Shown here piece after piece: positions 1-9,987 of a stretch of 64,000 nt of DNA. This DNA is from Paracoccaceae bacterium (GTDB lineage: Bacteria > Pseudomonadota > Alphaproteobacteria > Rhodobacterales > Rhodobacteraceae): NCBI GenBank assembly GCA_041621405.1, contig JBFKAV010000004.1, forward strand, positions 939 to 64,938, written 5' to 3'. Position 1 is the stretch's first letter; every line of letters starts with the position of its first letter. Below the pieces are notes generated by a model, which saw only the letters and a list, made by a program, of their open reading frames with translations, did no database searches and was not told the origin of the DNA. Both the position numbers and the translations under genes were made by a program.

Positions 1-137
1 TCGCGTGCACCGCGATCGGCATCGGGATCGAAGCTGCCGTCCGCCCGCCCCTGATCGTGCGCCTTGGCGAGCGCACCGCTCGCGGAGAGTCCTGTCGCGA
101 GCAGGATTGCGATCGCGGATACTTTTAGGATCGACAT
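1..137 (-). CDS. 5' end of a secreted/periplasmic protein (partial, continues beyond window start)
   Basis: The minus-strand ATG at 135-137 is preceded by AGGGAGGA (complement of 143-150). Translation MSILKVSAIAILLATGLSASGALA... looks like a signal peptide. It is absent from the ORF track because it is open-ended. Confidence 0.35.
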   Translation of the reverse strand, partial: MSILKVSAIAILLATGLSASGALAKAHDQGRADGSFDPDADRGAR

Positions 138-333
138 GTCGGTCCTCCCTTCAGGAAATTTCGTGCGCGCCAAATGGATGCGGTGCACGGCCCGGGCTTG
201 ATGCCGGGGCAAAAGGGAATACGCCGCAACGGCACAAATGGATCAGTGCCGAGCTGGGAGACCTCTGCTCCTGTGCAATTATCCCGGTCCAATCAGGGTA
301 GAACTTCGTACAAACACAGGGAGGTATTCGTCC

Positions 334-1125
334 ATGCAAGTCTTTCTGCCTGTCCTTGTGGCCCTTTGCGTCCTCGCTGCCGATCGCTTGGAGGCGCACG
401 AGTTCTGGATCGACGTCGTTCCGGGCCGCGCCGAAGTGGGCGAGGCCGTGTCGGTCGACCTGAAGGTCGGCCAACAGATGCGCGGCGTGTCGTGGCCGTA
501 CCTTTCCGACCGGTTCACCGATTTCTTCTGGATCGCCGGCAGAACTGGCTGGGCAGCCGAGGGGCGTGAGGGCGACCTTCCCGCCTTGACGATCACGCCC
601 GACCGTCCGGGCCTGCACCTGATCGTGCACCGGACGGTCCCGTTCCTGCTGACCTATGAGGACTGGGAGACCTTCACGACGACGCTGGACGAGGAAGGCT
701 ACCAGGAGCTTGCGGCGCAGCACCGCGACCGCGGCCTGCCGGCGACAAGATTCACCGAACGCTATGTTCGCGTTGCGAAGGCGCTATTCCAGGTAGGCCC
801 GGCGCGAGCCGAGGAAACCGACATCGCCATCGGGCTGCCCTACGAAGCCGTGGCCGAGTCCAATCCGTTCCTTCCGGGCGCGCGGTCCGTCGAGGTCCGG
901 TTCCTTTTGGACGGCGCTCCTCTCGAGGGGCGCCAGGTCACGCTTTTTCGTGACGATGGCGAGGTGACCCGCACCACGTTCGAAACCGACGCCGCCGGTC
1001 GGGTCACGCTCCCGATCGAACCCGGCGCCGCCTATCTGGTCAGCTCGGTGGTCACGGCTCCCATCGAGGATGGCGATGTGGTCTGGCAAAGCCATTGGGC
1101 ATCGCTAAGCTTCCGGTTGCCCTGA
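334..1125 (+). CDS. DUF4198-like periplasmic protein (metal-uptake associated family)
   Basis: It lies in ORF 238..1125. The internal ATG at 334 gives signal peptide MQVFLPVLVALCVLAADRLEA followed by HEFWI, the usual mature N-terminus of DUF4198 proteins. Third-position GC is high. Confidence 0.72.
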   Translation: MQVFLPVLVALCVLAADRLEAHEFWIDVVPGRAEVGEAVSVDLKVGQQMRGVSWPYLSDRFTDFFWIAGRTGWAAEGREGDLPALTITPDRPGLHLIVHRTVPFLLTYEDWETFTTTLDEEGYQELAAQHRDRGLPATRFTERYVRVAKALFQVGPARAEETDIAIGLPYEAVAESNPFLPGARSVEVRFLLDGAPLEGRQVTLFRDDGEVTRTTFETDAAGRVTLPIEPGAAYLVSSVVTAPIEDGDVVWQSHWASLSFRLP

Positions 1126-1278
1126 GCCGCGGTCAGCTCTCTTGCGTCCTCTGGTCCACCGCGCGGGTGTGCCCTTCACCAGATGGTGTCGAATCACCAC
1201 GATGGTCGGCGTCCTCGGTGATCCCGGCTCGAATTCGATCCCGCCTGGCCGCTTCGAACTGTTCCGAGCGAGCGCGGC

Positions 1279-1884
1279 CTAGTCCCCCGGGCGCATCATT
1301 TCGAACACTTCGGTCACCCTTGAGTAGTCGCGATACCCAAGCCGTGCCAAAGGCTGGAACCGGGTCACATCGAAACGCCCGTTCACCAAGCAGTCGTCGC
1401 GCAGGTGGATTCCGACGACCTCGCCAAAAGTCACGAAGTTCGCCTTGCCGAGCAGCGTCACCACCTGCGTCACCCGACATTCCAGCGCCGCCGGCGCACT
1501 CCTAACCCGCGAGCAGGGAATTGTGCGGCAGTCCTCCCGTTCGATGCCGGCCAGCGCGAACTCGTCCACTTCTGCGGCCCAGGGACCCGAGGTCTGGTTC
1601 ATCGCCTCCCGCATCGCGTATTCCACGATGTTCACGCAGAACACGCCGGTCTCGCGCAGGTTCGTCACGCTGTCCTTGGTGCCTTCGCGGTCGGGCTTGG
1701 ACCCGGTCGAGGCGAACATCACCTGCGGCGGCACGTAGGCCACACCGTTGAAGAAAGAGTAGGGCGCGAGGTTCTCGTGGCCGTCCTTCGCGCGAGTCGA
1801 GATCCAGCCGATCGGCCGCGGCGCGACGATTGCGTTGAACGGGTTGTGCGGCAGGCCGTGGCCGTCCTCGGGGCGGTAGAACAC
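1279..1884 (-). CDS. flavin reductase family protein (FMN-binding split barrel)
   Basis: 201-aa ORF. LPHNPFNAIVAPRPIGWISTR...LAPYSFFNGV is the typical flavin reductase-like domain signature. Confidence 0.85.
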   Translation of the reverse strand: MFYRPEDGHGLPHNPFNAIVAPRPIGWISTRAKDGHENLAPYSFFNGVAYVPPQVMFASTGSKPDREGTKDSVTNLRETGVFCVNIVEYAMREAMNQTSGPWAAEVDEFALAGIEREDCRTIPCSRVRSAPAALECRVTQVVTLLGKANFVTFGEVVGIHLRDDCLVNGRFDVTRFQPLARLGYRDYSRVTEVFEMMRPGD

Positions 1885-1981
1885 GCGGTCTCTCCAATGG
1901 TTTGCCCCTGACCTAGGGCCATGCTAGGCGGCAGACCAGAGGAAAGTCGGGGCCAGCACGAATATCGGGGGGCGAGGCGCC

Positions 1982-2470
1982 TTGATACGGCTCGAAGAGG
2001 AAACCGAGGCCGACTGGTGGGAGGTCGAGGCGCTCTTCGATCTTTGCTTCGCTCCGGGCCGCGAGGCGCTTTCCTCCTACCGGCTGCGGGATGGCGTTGA
2101 GAAGGTGACCGATCTCTGCCTCGTCGCCCGCGACGAGGAGGGGATCCTCGCCGCCGCGATCCGCTACTGGCCGGTCCGGGTGGGCGGCAGGACGGCGCTG
2201 CTCCTCGGCCCGGTGGCGGTGCACCCCACGCACCAGGGCGAAGGGCTGGCCGGGCTTCTGATCCGCGAGAGCCTGATCCTCGCCCGCCGCCTGGGCTGGG
2301 AGCGGGTGATGCTGGTGGGAGACCTGCCCTACTACGCCCGGTTCGGGTTCCGAAAGCTCCAGGGGGCGATGATGCCACCGCCCACGAACCCCGACCGGGT
2401 GCTCGGCCTCGAGCTCGCCCCCGGCGCCTGGGACGGGGTGACCGGCAAGGTGGAGAAGGCACCCGCTTGA
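1982..2470 (+). CDS. GNAT family N-acetyltransferase
   Basis: 162-aa ORF with a TTG start. LLGPVAVHPTHQGEGLAGLLIRESL matches the acetyl-CoA binding motif A (Q/RxxGxG/A). Confidence 0.8.
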   Translation: MIRLEEETEADWWEVEALFDLCFAPGREALSSYRLRDGVEKVTDLCLVARDEEGILAAAIRYWPVRVGGRTALLLGPVAVHPTHQGEGLAGLLIRESLILARRLGWERVMLVGDLPYYARFGFRKLQGAMMPPPTNPDRVLGLELAPGAWDGVTGKVEKAPA

Positions 2471-2525
2471 GCGCCGTACCGCCGGCCCCCATATCTTAGC
2501 GAAGACCGGTCCGGAGGCCGTGCCC

Positions 2526-3311
2526 ATGCCCGAACCCCCGCTCGCCGCGCCCGAAGCCCCGGCCTTGCCCGTGCTCGCGGCCAACGCCAATGACGAGATC
2601 GCCGCGCTCGCGGCGCGGTATCTCCGCGCGCAGAGGGGGCCGATCCAGCTCGTCACGCTCGTCGGCGGCCAGGTCGAGGACCTCGCTTCCCGGCTGCCGG
2701 CGCGGACCCGTGCCCGGATCGACGAAGCCACGGTGCTGGCGCTCCGCGTCGCCTACGGCGCGGCCGAGGGCAGTCACCGCCGCCGTCCGGGCGGCGAGCT
2801 CGCCCACCGCACCGCGGCGGCGGCGCTCGGCGCGCTCGGCGGCCTTGGCGGCCTGCCCACGGCCCTGGCCGAGCTTCCGGTCACCACCGCGACGATCCTG
2901 CGTTCGCTGCAGGAGATCGCCCGCGCCCACGGCGAGGATCCGGCCGATGAGGCCACGCGGCTCGCCTGCCTGCAGGTGCTCGGCGCGGGCGGCCCGCTTG
3001 CCGAGGACGACGGCACCGACTTCGCCTTCCTCGGCGCCCGCGTCACGCTGACCGGCGCGGCCCTGCAGAGCCTCATCGCTCAGGTCGCGCCGCGCTTCGC
3101 CGCCACGCTCGCCCAGAAGCTCGCCGCCAAGGCGGTTCCCGCCCTCGGCGCCGCCGCGGGCGCTGCGATCAACCTCGCCTTCGCGCGCTACTACCAGGAG
3201 ATGGCCCACGTCCATTTCGGCCTCCGCCGCCTCACCCGCGCCGGCGCCCTGCACGCCCCTGCGGCGTTTCGTAGCGAGGTCGAGGCCGCCCGCCGGCTGC
3301 GGCGCGCCTGA
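2526..3311 (+). CDS. EcsC family protein
   Basis: Ala/Gly-rich ORF of about 261 aa (ATG at 2526 within ORF 2520..3311). The overall pattern resembles EcsC-family proteins (LAELPVTTATILRSLQEIARAHGEDP). The family call rests on recall only. Confidence 0.65.
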   Translation: MPEPPLAAPEAPALPVLAANANDEIAALAARYLRAQRGPIQLVTLVGGQVEDLASRLPARTRARIDEATVLALRVAYGAAEGSHRRRPGGELAHRTAAAALGALGGLGGLPTALAELPVTTATILRSLQEIARAHGEDPADEATRLACLQVLGAGGPLAEDDGTDFAFLGARVTLTGAALQSLIAQVAPRFAATLAQKLAAKAVPALGAAAGAAINLAFARYYQEMAHVHFGLRRLTRAGALHAPAAFRSEVEAARRLRRA

Positions 3312-3376
3312 CGGCTTTCGCTTCCTCTGGATCAAGATAGGCGGGGGACTGGCTGGCCGCTTAGACCCGCCGCCCG

Positions 3377-3961
3377 TCAGCCCGCGTCGGTCTTGCCGCG
3401 CCGGTCGCTCCTGAGGTTGGCGTAGAGCACGTGGTTGCGCCAGCGCCCGTTGATCTGCAGGTAGCTCTGCGCCACGCCCTCGTACTTGAACCCCGCGCCT
3501 TCCAGAACCCCGCGCGAGGCGGTGTTCTCGGGCAGGCAGGCGGCCTCGATGCGGCTCAGCGCGAGATCGGTAAAGGCATAGTGCACGACCGCCCGGATCG
3601 CCTCGCGCATATAGCCATGGCGGGCGTATTTCTCGCCGATCCAGTAGCCGAGCGTCCCGGCCTGCGCGGGCCCCCGGCGGATGTTGTCGAGCGTGATCGC
3701 GCCAAGGAGCGCCTCGTCCTCGATGCGAATCAGGAACAAGGGCAGCGCCGAGCCCTGCGTTACCGCCCGCGCCGCCCAGTAGACGCGGTTGGTGAAGCTC
3801 TTGCGGCTCAGGTGGTCCTCGGCCCAGGAGGGTTCCCAGGGGACCAGGAAATCCGCGCTGTCGCGGCGCAGCGCGGTCCAGTCGCGGAAATCCGAGTGCT
3901 GCGGCAGGCGCAGGATCATCCGCTCGGTCGCGATCCGGACCTTGCGCCGCGAAAGCAGCAT
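3377..3961 (-). CDS. GNAT N-acetyltransferase, RimJ/RimL-like
   Basis: The real start is MLLSRRKV at 3961, inside the longer track ORF. It overlaps the upstream stop (TCAT/ATGA). The motif is LGYWIGEKYARHGYMREAIRAVVHYAF. Confidence 0.85.
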   Translation of the reverse strand: MLLSRRKVRIATERMILRLPQHSDFRDWTALRRDSADFLVPWEPSWAEDHLSRKSFTNRVYWAARAVTQGSALPLFLIRIEDEALLGAITLDNIRRGPAQAGTLGYWIGEKYARHGYMREAIRAVVHYAFTDLALSRIEAACLPENTASRGVLEGAGFKYEGVAQSYLQINGRWRNHVLYANLRSDRRGKTDAG

Positions 3962-5223
3962 CAGGCGGCGAGCCTTTCGGAGAGCCGCGCCAGCGAGGGC
4001 GCCCGGTCCGCCGGCCCGTAGAGCGCGAGCGCCGCCTCCCCTGCCGCAGCCAGCTGTTCGGCAAAGCCCGAAACGTCGGCCCGGCCGACCGCGTCGATCT
4101 TCGCCACCGTCTCGTCCACCGTCGGCACGCGGCCCCAGATCGCCAGGAGCCGCGCCAGCCGCTCGGCCCGCGACGAAGGGCTTTCGAGCCCCATCAGCAG
4201 CCCGGCCTTCATCTGCGCCCGCGCCCGCGCCAGCTCGGCCTCGCTCATGCCCTCGGCCGCGCGACGCATCTCGTCCACGGTCAGCTCGGCAAGGGGGCCG
4301 ATATCCTCGGCCGAGGTGCCGGCGTAGACCGTGATCATGCCCGCATCGGCGTAGGCGCCGGCCTGGGCGAAGATCGAATAGCACAAGCCGCGCTTCTCGC
4401 GGGCCTCCTGGAATAGCCGCGAGGACATGCCGCCGCCCATCGCCTGGGCGTAGACCTGCGCGGTGTAGAAGGCATCGTCGCGGTAGCCCGGGCCCTCGAA
4501 ACCCAGCGCGAAATGCACCTGCTCCAGCCGCTTCAGCTCGCGCCGCTCGCCGGAGCGGAACCGCGCCGGCTCCGGCGCCTCCGGGCCCTTCGGCGCGATC
4601 GCGCCGAACAGCGCTTCGGCCTCATTGACGATAGCCTCGTGGTCCACCGCACCGGCAGCGGAAAGGATGATCCGCTCGGGCCCGTAGTGGGCGCCGACGA
4701 AGCGCCGGAAATCGTCGCGCCGGAACGCCGCCACGCGCTCCTCCGGGCCGAGGATCGAGCGCCCGAGCGGCTGGTTCGGGAACGCCGCCTCCTGCAGCCA
4801 GTCGAAGATGATGTCGTCGGGCGTATCCAGCGCCTGGCCGATCTCCTGCAGGATGACCCCGCGCTCCACCTCGATCTCGGCCGGGTCGAAGACCGGGTTC
4901 AGCACGATGTCGGCCAAGACGTCGAGCGCCAGCGGCACGTCGTCCCTCAAGACGCGCGCGTAGAACGCCGTGGCCTCGCGCGAGGTATAGGCGTTGATGA
5001 AGCCGCCGACGTCCTCGATCTCCTCGGCGATCTGCAAGGCCGAGCGCCGCACGGTGCCCTTGAAGGCCATGTGCTCGAGAAAATGCGCGATGCCGTTCTC
5101 CTCGGCCCGCTCGTGCCGGCAGCCCGCCTGCACCCAGAGCCCGATCGCCGCGGAATCGAGCGCAGGCATGGCCTCGGTCACGATGCGGAAGCCGTTGGGC
5201 AGAGTGTGCAGGTTCACCGTCAC
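3961..5223 (-). CDS. M16 family zinc metallopeptidase (pitrilysin/MPP-like)
   Basis: 420 aa with the inverted zinc motif HFLEH plus downstream E (GIAHFLEHMAFKGT). Confidence 0.9.
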   Translation of the reverse strand: MTVNLHTLPNGFRIVTEAMPALDSAAIGLWVQAGCRHERAEENGIAHFLEHMAFKGTVRRSALQIAEEIEDVGGFINAYTSREATAFYARVLRDDVPLALDVLADIVLNPVFDPAEIEVERGVILQEIGQALDTPDDIIFDWLQEAAFPNQPLGRSILGPEERVAAFRRDDFRRFVGAHYGPERIILSAAGAVDHEAIVNEAEALFGAIAPKGPEAPEPARFRSGERRELKRLEQVHFALGFEGPGYRDDAFYTAQVYAQAMGGGMSSRLFQEAREKRGLCYSIFAQAGAYADAGMITVYAGTSAEDIGPLAELTVDEMRRAAEGMSEAELARARAQMKAGLLMGLESPSSRAERLARLLAIWGRVPTVDETVAKIDAVGRADVSGFAEQLAAAGEAALALYGPADRAPSLARLSERLAA

Positions 5224-5233
5224 GAATTCTGGC

Positions 5234-6622
5234 TCACTGGGCGCGGCGCTCCCGGATCAGGGCTTCCAGGGCGGCAAGGTCGTTGGCGACCTCGGTCACC
5301 CGTTCGGGACGCTCATACAGATCGGCCATCCGCTTTGGAAGAGGGGGAGCAATGCCAACCGCCCGTTCCACCGCGTCGGGGAACTTGGCGGGATGCGCGG
5401 TGGCGAGGGAGATCATCGGCTCTGCCCCGAGACGCTCCCCGGCCACCTTGACCCCCACCGCGCTGTGCGGGCAGAGCACTTGGCCGGTCGCGCCAAAGGT
5501 CCTCGCGATCGCGGCCGAGGTCTCCGCCTCCGTGGCGCTGCCCGACTCGAGATCCTCGCGCAACCGCTCCAGCGCCCCCTGGCTCACCCGGAAGCCGCCG
5601 GTCTCCCTCAGCTCGGCCATGAGCTGGGCCACCGCCTTGCCGTCGCGGCCATAGGCGTCATAGAGCGCGCGCTCGAAGTTCGAGCTCACCTGGATGTCCA
5701 TCGAGGGGCTGATCGAGGGGACCACGCCCGTGGTGCGGTATTCGCCGGTCCTGAGGCTGCGGTCGAGGATGTCGTTCTGGTTGGTGGCGACCACCAGGCG
5801 GCGGACCGGCAGCCCCATGCGCTTGGCGATGGAGCCTGCGAATATGTCGCCGAAGTTCCCGGTGGGCACGGCGAAGCTCACCTCGCGGTGCGGCGCGCCA
5901 AGCGCCGTGGCCGCAGTGAAGTAGTAGACCACCTGCGCCAGCACCCGCGCCCAGTTGATCGAGTTGACGCCGGCAAGCCCGACTTCGTCGCGGAACCCGA
6001 AGTCGTTGAACATGTCCTTCACGCGGGCCTGGCAGTCGTCGAAATCGCCGTTGAGCGCGAGCGCGTGCACGTTCACCTCGGCGGGCGTGGTCATCTGCCG
6101 GCGCTGCACCTCGGAGACCCGCCCGTGCGGGAAGAGGATGAAGACGTCAACGTTGGAAAGCCCGCGGAAGGCCTCGATCGCCGCGCTGCCGGTGTCGCCG
6201 GAGGTCGCACCGACGATGGTGATGCGGCGGCCCGACCGGGCCAGCGCCAGCTGGAAGAGCTGGCCGATGAGCTGCATCGCGAAGTCCTTGAAGGCGAGCG
6301 TCGGGCCGTGGAAGAGCTCGAGCAGGAACAGGTTGGCATTCAGCTGGACGAGCGGCGCCCGTGCGGCGTGACCGAAGCCCTCGTAGGCGCGCGCGATGCA
6401 GCCCTCGAGCTCGGCATCGGTGAAGGCCTCGCCGGTAAAGGGACGCATCACGCGGAATGCCGCATCCTCGTAGGGCAGCCCCGCGAGTGCGGCGATCTCG
6501 TCCTCTGCCAGCGCCGGCACCGTCTCCGGCACGTAGAGCCCGCCGTCGCGGGCCAGGCCCGTCAGCATCGCTTCCTCGAAGCTCAAGTTCGGGGCCGCGC
6601 CCCGGGTGGAGACATAGCGCAT
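5234..6622 (-). CDS. thrC: threonine synthase
   Basis: 462 aa. The N-terminus MRYVSTRG...FEEAMLTGLARDGGLYVP and the PLP-lysine region LAFKDFAMQ are typical of long-form ThrC. Confidence 0.95.
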   Translation of the reverse strand: MRYVSTRGAAPNLSFEEAMLTGLARDGGLYVPETVPALAEDEIAALAGLPYEDAAFRVMRPFTGEAFTDAELEGCIARAYEGFGHAARAPLVQLNANLFLLELFHGPTLAFKDFAMQLIGQLFQLALARSGRRITIVGATSGDTGSAAIEAFRGLSNVDVFILFPHGRVSEVQRRQMTTPAEVNVHALALNGDFDDCQARVKDMFNDFGFRDEVGLAGVNSINWARVLAQVVYYFTAATALGAPHREVSFAVPTGNFGDIFAGSIAKRMGLPVRRLVVATNQNDILDRSLRTGEYRTTGVVPSISPSMDIQVSSNFERALYDAYGRDGKAVAQLMAELRETGGFRVSQGALERLREDLESGSATEAETSAAIARTFGATGQVLCPHSAVGVKVAGERLGAEPMISLATAHPAKFPDAVERAVGIAPPLPKRMADLYERPERVTEVANDLAALEALIRERRAQ

Positions 6623-6633
6623 CTCGTTCGCCT

Positions 6634-7308
6634 TCAGGCCGTGGGGCGCCCGGGGCGCCGCAGGAAGTAAGCCGTCATCGCGAGCCAGACCAGCGCCAGC
6701 GCGAACCAGGTGACGGCGTATTCCAGGTGATCGTTCGGAATCCCGGCCGTGTCCACCGGCTGGGGCGTTAGCGGCAGGCCGGTTTGCGACGTATAACGCA
6801 GGACCAGCAGCACCGGCTCGGTGCCGAGCGCCTCGGCCATCGTCGGAACGTCGCGAGCGAACCAGAGGCCCTGGGCGCGGTCTGGTTCCGGCGTGAAGCC
6901 GTCGACCTCGCGGGGCCAGTCGAGATTGCCGGCGATCCGCGCCGCGCCGCCCGGGCGCGGATCGGCTTTTGCCGCCTCCGGCAGGAAGCCGCGGTCGACG
7001 AGGATGCGGCGGCCCTCGGAAGTCTCGAACGGCGCGATCACGCGATAGCCAGCGCCCAAGCCCTTGCGGCCCGAGAGCACCAGGATCTCGCCCTCGCCGA
7101 ACCGGCCCTCGACAGCGACCGGTTGGTAGCGGTGGACCCCGGGATCGGGCGCAGCGGGCAAGGGGCCGGGCGAGGCGGCGATCTCCGCCTCGATTGCCGC
7201 GATCCGCGCCTCTGTCCGCCCGAGCCGGTCCACCTGCCAGAGGCCGAGCGCCACCAAGACGGCGCCGCCGCCGAGCCCGAAGACGAGCGGAAAGACCAGG
7301 CGGCGCAT
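6634..7308 (-). CDS. SURF1 family cytochrome oxidase biogenesis protein
   Basis: The internal start MRRLVFPLVFGLGGGAVLVALGLWQVDRL lies within track ORF 6634..8739. It has N- and C-terminal TM segments (NDHLEYAVTWFALAL) and sits next to the cta genes. Confidence 0.85.
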   Translation of the reverse strand: MRRLVFPLVFGLGGGAVLVALGLWQVDRLGRTEARIAAIEAEIAASPGPLPAAPDPGVHRYQPVAVEGRFGEGEILVLSGRKGLGAGYRVIAPFETSEGRRILVDRGFLPEAAKADPRPGGAARIAGNLDWPREVDGFTPEPDRAQGLWFARDVPTMAEALGTEPVLLVLRYTSQTGLPLTPQPVDTAGIPNDHLEYAVTWFALALVWLAMTAYFLRRPGRPTA

Positions 7309-7331
7309 CGCCGGACCCCTTCTCAAATTGC

Positions 7332-7396
7332 GAAGCGCGGGTCTGGCGCCCCGCGCTTCAAGACTTCCCGATGCGCCGCCGCTGAAGGCGGCGGCG
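7332..7396 (-). terminator. two perfect 9-bp GC hairpins between ctaE and surf1 (terminator/attenuator or mRNA-stability elements)
   Basis: cgccgccgc-tgaag-gcggcggcg sits at 7374-7396, right after the ctaE stop (7401). gaagcgcgg-N10-ccgcgcttc sits at 7332-7359. Only a weak U tract follows. Confidence 0.4.
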
Positions 7397-7400
7397 GGGC

Positions 7401-8213
7401 TCACGGCACGCCGATGCCCCACATGTAGACGGCAGCGAAGAGGAACAGCCAGACCACGTCGACGAAGTGCCAATACCAGGCCGCCGCCTCGAAGCCGATG
7501 TGCGCCTCCGCCGTGAAGTGCCCGGCCCTGACCCGGAGCCAGCAGACGAAGAGAAAAATCGTCCCGATGATCACATGCGCGCCGTGGAAGCCGGTGGCCA
7601 TGAAGAAGTTTGAGAAGAACTTGTCCTGCCCGAAGGTCCAGTCCTGCAGACCGATCAGGTACCAGTATTCGTAGGCCTGCAGCCCGGTGAAGGCGACGCC
7701 GAGGAGGATGCCGATCAGGAGCCCGTTTTCCACGTCCTTTCGTGCCCCTCCATGGACCAGCGCGTGGTGCGCCCAGGTCACCGCGCAGCCCGACAGCAGC
7801 AGGATCAGCGTGTTGATCAGGGGCACATGCAGCGGGTCGACGTGGTAGAACTCCGGCGGCACGTAGGTGGAGCCCGGGTAGGTCTCCATCGGGTACATCG
7901 TGTGCTTGAAGAAGCTCCAGAACCAGGCCGAGAAGAACATCACCTCGGAGGTGATGAACAGGATGAAGCCGTAGCGCAGCCCGATCCGCACCACGGGCGT
8001 ATGGTCGCCGGCGTGGCTTTCGCTCACCACGTCCGACCACCAGGCGAACATCACGTAGGCCACCCCGGCGAGGCCGATCAGCGTCAGCCAGGGCCCCATC
8101 CCGTGCATCCAGAGCACCGCGCCGAACAGCATGATAAAGCCGCTCGCCGCGCCGATGAAGGGCCAGATCGAGGGATGCAGGATGTGGTAGTCGTGTTCTT
8201 TCGCGTGGGCCAT
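7401..8213 (-). CDS. ctaE: cytochrome c oxidase subunit III
   Basis: 270 aa, multi-[24 protein letters not shown] and [14 protein letters not shown] are hallmark CoxIII motifs. Confidence 0.95.
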   Translation of the reverse strand: MAHAKEHDYHILHPSIWPFIGAASGFIMLFGAVLWMHGMGPWLTLIGLAGVAYVMFAWWSDVVSESHAGDHTPVVRIGLRYGFILFITSEVMFFSAWFWSFFKHTMYPMETYPGSTYVPPEFYHVDPLHVPLINTLILLLSGCAVTWAHHALVHGGARKDVENGLLIGILLGVAFTGLQAYEYWYLIGLQDWTFGQDKFFSNFFMATGFHGAHVIIGTIFLFVCWLRVRAGHFTAEAHIGFEAAAWYWHFVDVVWLFLFAAVYMWGIGVP

Positions 8214-8234
8214 GCGAAGTCTCCGTCCGGCTCG

Positions 8235-8825
8235 TCAGTTTGTTGCGGCTCCGCCCTCGCCCGCGGCAAGCGCGGCGGTCTCGGGCAGGTCGATTTCGTG
8301 GAACGTATAGGAAAGGGTGATCTGGTTCACGAACTTCCCGTCGCGGTCCGTCACCAGCGCGGGGTCGACGTAGAACGTCACCGGCATCTCGATGCGCTCG
8401 CCCGGGCCGAGGACCTGCTCCTCGAAGCAGAAGCAGTCGATCTTGGTGAAGAAGCCTCCGGCGGCGAAGGGAGTCACGTTGTAGCTCGCCGAGCCCGCGA
8501 CGGTGCGGGTGGTCGGGTTCTCGGCCTCGTAGAACGCGAGCGCCACCTCGCCGATCCTGATCTCCATCTCGCGCTGCATCGGCCGGAAGCGCCAGGGCAT
8601 GCCCGCCTCGAGCGAGGCGTCGAAGCGCACCTTTATGGTGCGGTCGAGCACCTCGACCCCCGCGCCGCTGGCCACCGCCGTGGTGCCTCCATAGCCGGTG
8701 ACCCGGCAGAAGAGGTTGTAGAGCGGCACCGCCGCCCAACCAAGCGAGGCCATGACCGCGACCACGCCCAGTGTCTGAACCAGGGTCTTCCTGGTGTCGG
8801 AAAGGCGCCGGTACCAGCCGATCAT
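8235..8825 (-). CDS. ctaG: cytochrome c oxidase assembly protein CtaG/Cox11
   Basis: 196 aa. The LYNLFCRVTGYGGTT motif and FCFEEQ are typical of Cox11. Confidence 0.95.
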   Translation of the reverse strand: MIGWYRRLSDTRKTLVQTLGVVAVMASLGWAAVPLYNLFCRVTGYGGTTAVASGAGVEVLDRTIKVRFDASLEAGMPWRFRPMQREMEIRIGEVALAFYEAENPTTRTVAGSASYNVTPFAAGGFFTKIDCFCFEEQVLGPGERIEMPVTFYVDPALVTDRDGKFVNQITLSYTFHEIDLPETAALAAGEGGAATN

Positions 8826-9016
8826 TGCGTCGGCTCCGTCAGCGGCAGCTCGCTGGCGCGTGGCTGGTGGTCGTAGGCTTCCATCAGCGAGCCGTTGGCG
8901 ATCTTCGCGATGGTGATGCCGAAGATCAGCGCCGCGAGCGCTACCAGGGCCAGCCCCACGCCGAGGTTCAGCGACAACCGCCGCCTGTGCAGTTCGTGTT
9001 CCCGATGCAGTGCCAT
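8822..9016 (-). CDS. small single-TM membrane protein encoded between ctaB and ctaG
   Basis: The 64-aa ORF MALHREHELHRRRLSLNLGVGLALVALAALIFGITIA... has ATGA overlaps at both ends (9014-9018 and 8822-8825), which suggests translational coupling within the cta operon. Confidence 0.55.
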   Translation of the reverse strand: MALHREHELHRRRLSLNLGVGLALVALAALIFGITIAKIANGSLMEAYDHQPRASELPLTEPTQ

Positions 9017-9942
9017 CAGAGCACCCCCGTCCGCACCAGCAGGGCGTCGCAAAGCAGGGCTCCGAAATGCACGGCGAGGTAGACCAGCGAGAAGCGGAAG
9101 AAGCGCTTCTCTACGGCGTAGTGGTCGGACTCGGCGGCCGCCTCGTCGCGCCGCCAGATCCGCCCGGCGCCAAGGAGGAAGAGCGCGTTCAGCACCACCG
9201 CGGCAGCAAGGTAGAGCGGCCCCCCGAGGCCGCTGAAGCCTGCGCCCACCGAAAACGCCGCGAGCAGCGCCGTGTAGGCCATGATATGGGCCCGCGTCGC
9301 CTTGCGGCCGTGTGTCACCGTCAGCATCGGTACCCCGGCGCGGTGGTAGTCCTCCCTCATGAACAGCGCCAGCGCCCAGAAGTGCGGCGGGGTCCAGAGG
9401 AAGATCAGCGCGAACATCAGCCAGGGCTCGAGGCTGGTGCCGCCGGTGGCCGCGGCCCAGCCGATCACCGGCGGGAAGGCCCCCGCGGCGCCGCCGATGA
9501 CGATGTTCTGCGGCGTCGAGCGCTTCAGCCACATCGAGTAGACGACGGCGTAGAAGAAGATGGTGAAGGCCAGGAGCCCGGCCGCGGTCCAGTTGGCGGC
9601 GAGCCCCAGCATCACCACGGCGATGCCCGAAAGCCCCAGCCCCACCGCCAGCGCCTCTCCGGCGCCGACCCGGCCCTGCGGCACCGGGCGGCGCGCGGTG
9701 CGCCGCATCACCTTGTCGATGTCGGCGTCCCACCACATGTTGAGCGCCCCCGAGGCACCGGCGCCGAGCGCGATGAACAGGATCGCCGCGAAGCCGAGGA
9801 ACGGATGCACCGGAACCGGCGCCGCCAGGAGCCCGACGAGCGCCGTGAACACGACGAGCGACATCACGCGCGGCTTCAGAAGCTCGACGTAGTCGCCGAA
9901 CCGTGCGTCGCGCGTGCGGTCAAGGGCGCTGGCGTCGGTCAT
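9016..9942 (-). CDS. ctaB: protoheme IX farnesyltransferase (heme O synthase)
   Basis: 308 aa, polytopic. It carries UbiA-family motifs (NMWWDADIDKVMRRTARRP). Confidence 0.95.
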   Translation of the reverse strand: MTDASALDRTRDARFGDYVELLKPRVMSLVVFTALVGLLAAPVPVHPFLGFAAILFIALGAGASGALNMWWDADIDKVMRRTARRPVPQGRVGAGEALAVGLGLSGIAVVMLGLAANWTAAGLLAFTIFFYAVVYSMWLKRSTPQNIVIGGAAGAFPPVIGWAAATGGTSLEPWLMFALIFLWTPPHFWALALFMREDYHRAGVPMLTVTHGRKATRAHIMAYTALLAAFSVGAGFSGLGGPLYLAAAVVLNALFLLGAGRIWRRDEAAAESDHYAVEKRFFRFSLVYLAVHFGALLCDALLVRTGVL

Positions 9943-9987
9943 CTCTCCTCACGCGTTGGGCAGGACCCCGAGTGCCCCGCCCGGGGA

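Noticed and set aside
3962-4384. N-terminal extension of the RimJ-like GNAT ORF
   Set aside because: It overlaps the 3' end of the M16 peptidase gene. The GNAT-like sequence starts only at MLLSRRK (3961).
6634-8739. 701-aa ORF spanning the surf1, ctaE and ctaG region
   Set aside because: Only its last 224 codons or so (the SURF1 part) make sense. The rest overlaps ctaE and ctaG, which are clearly encoded in other frames.
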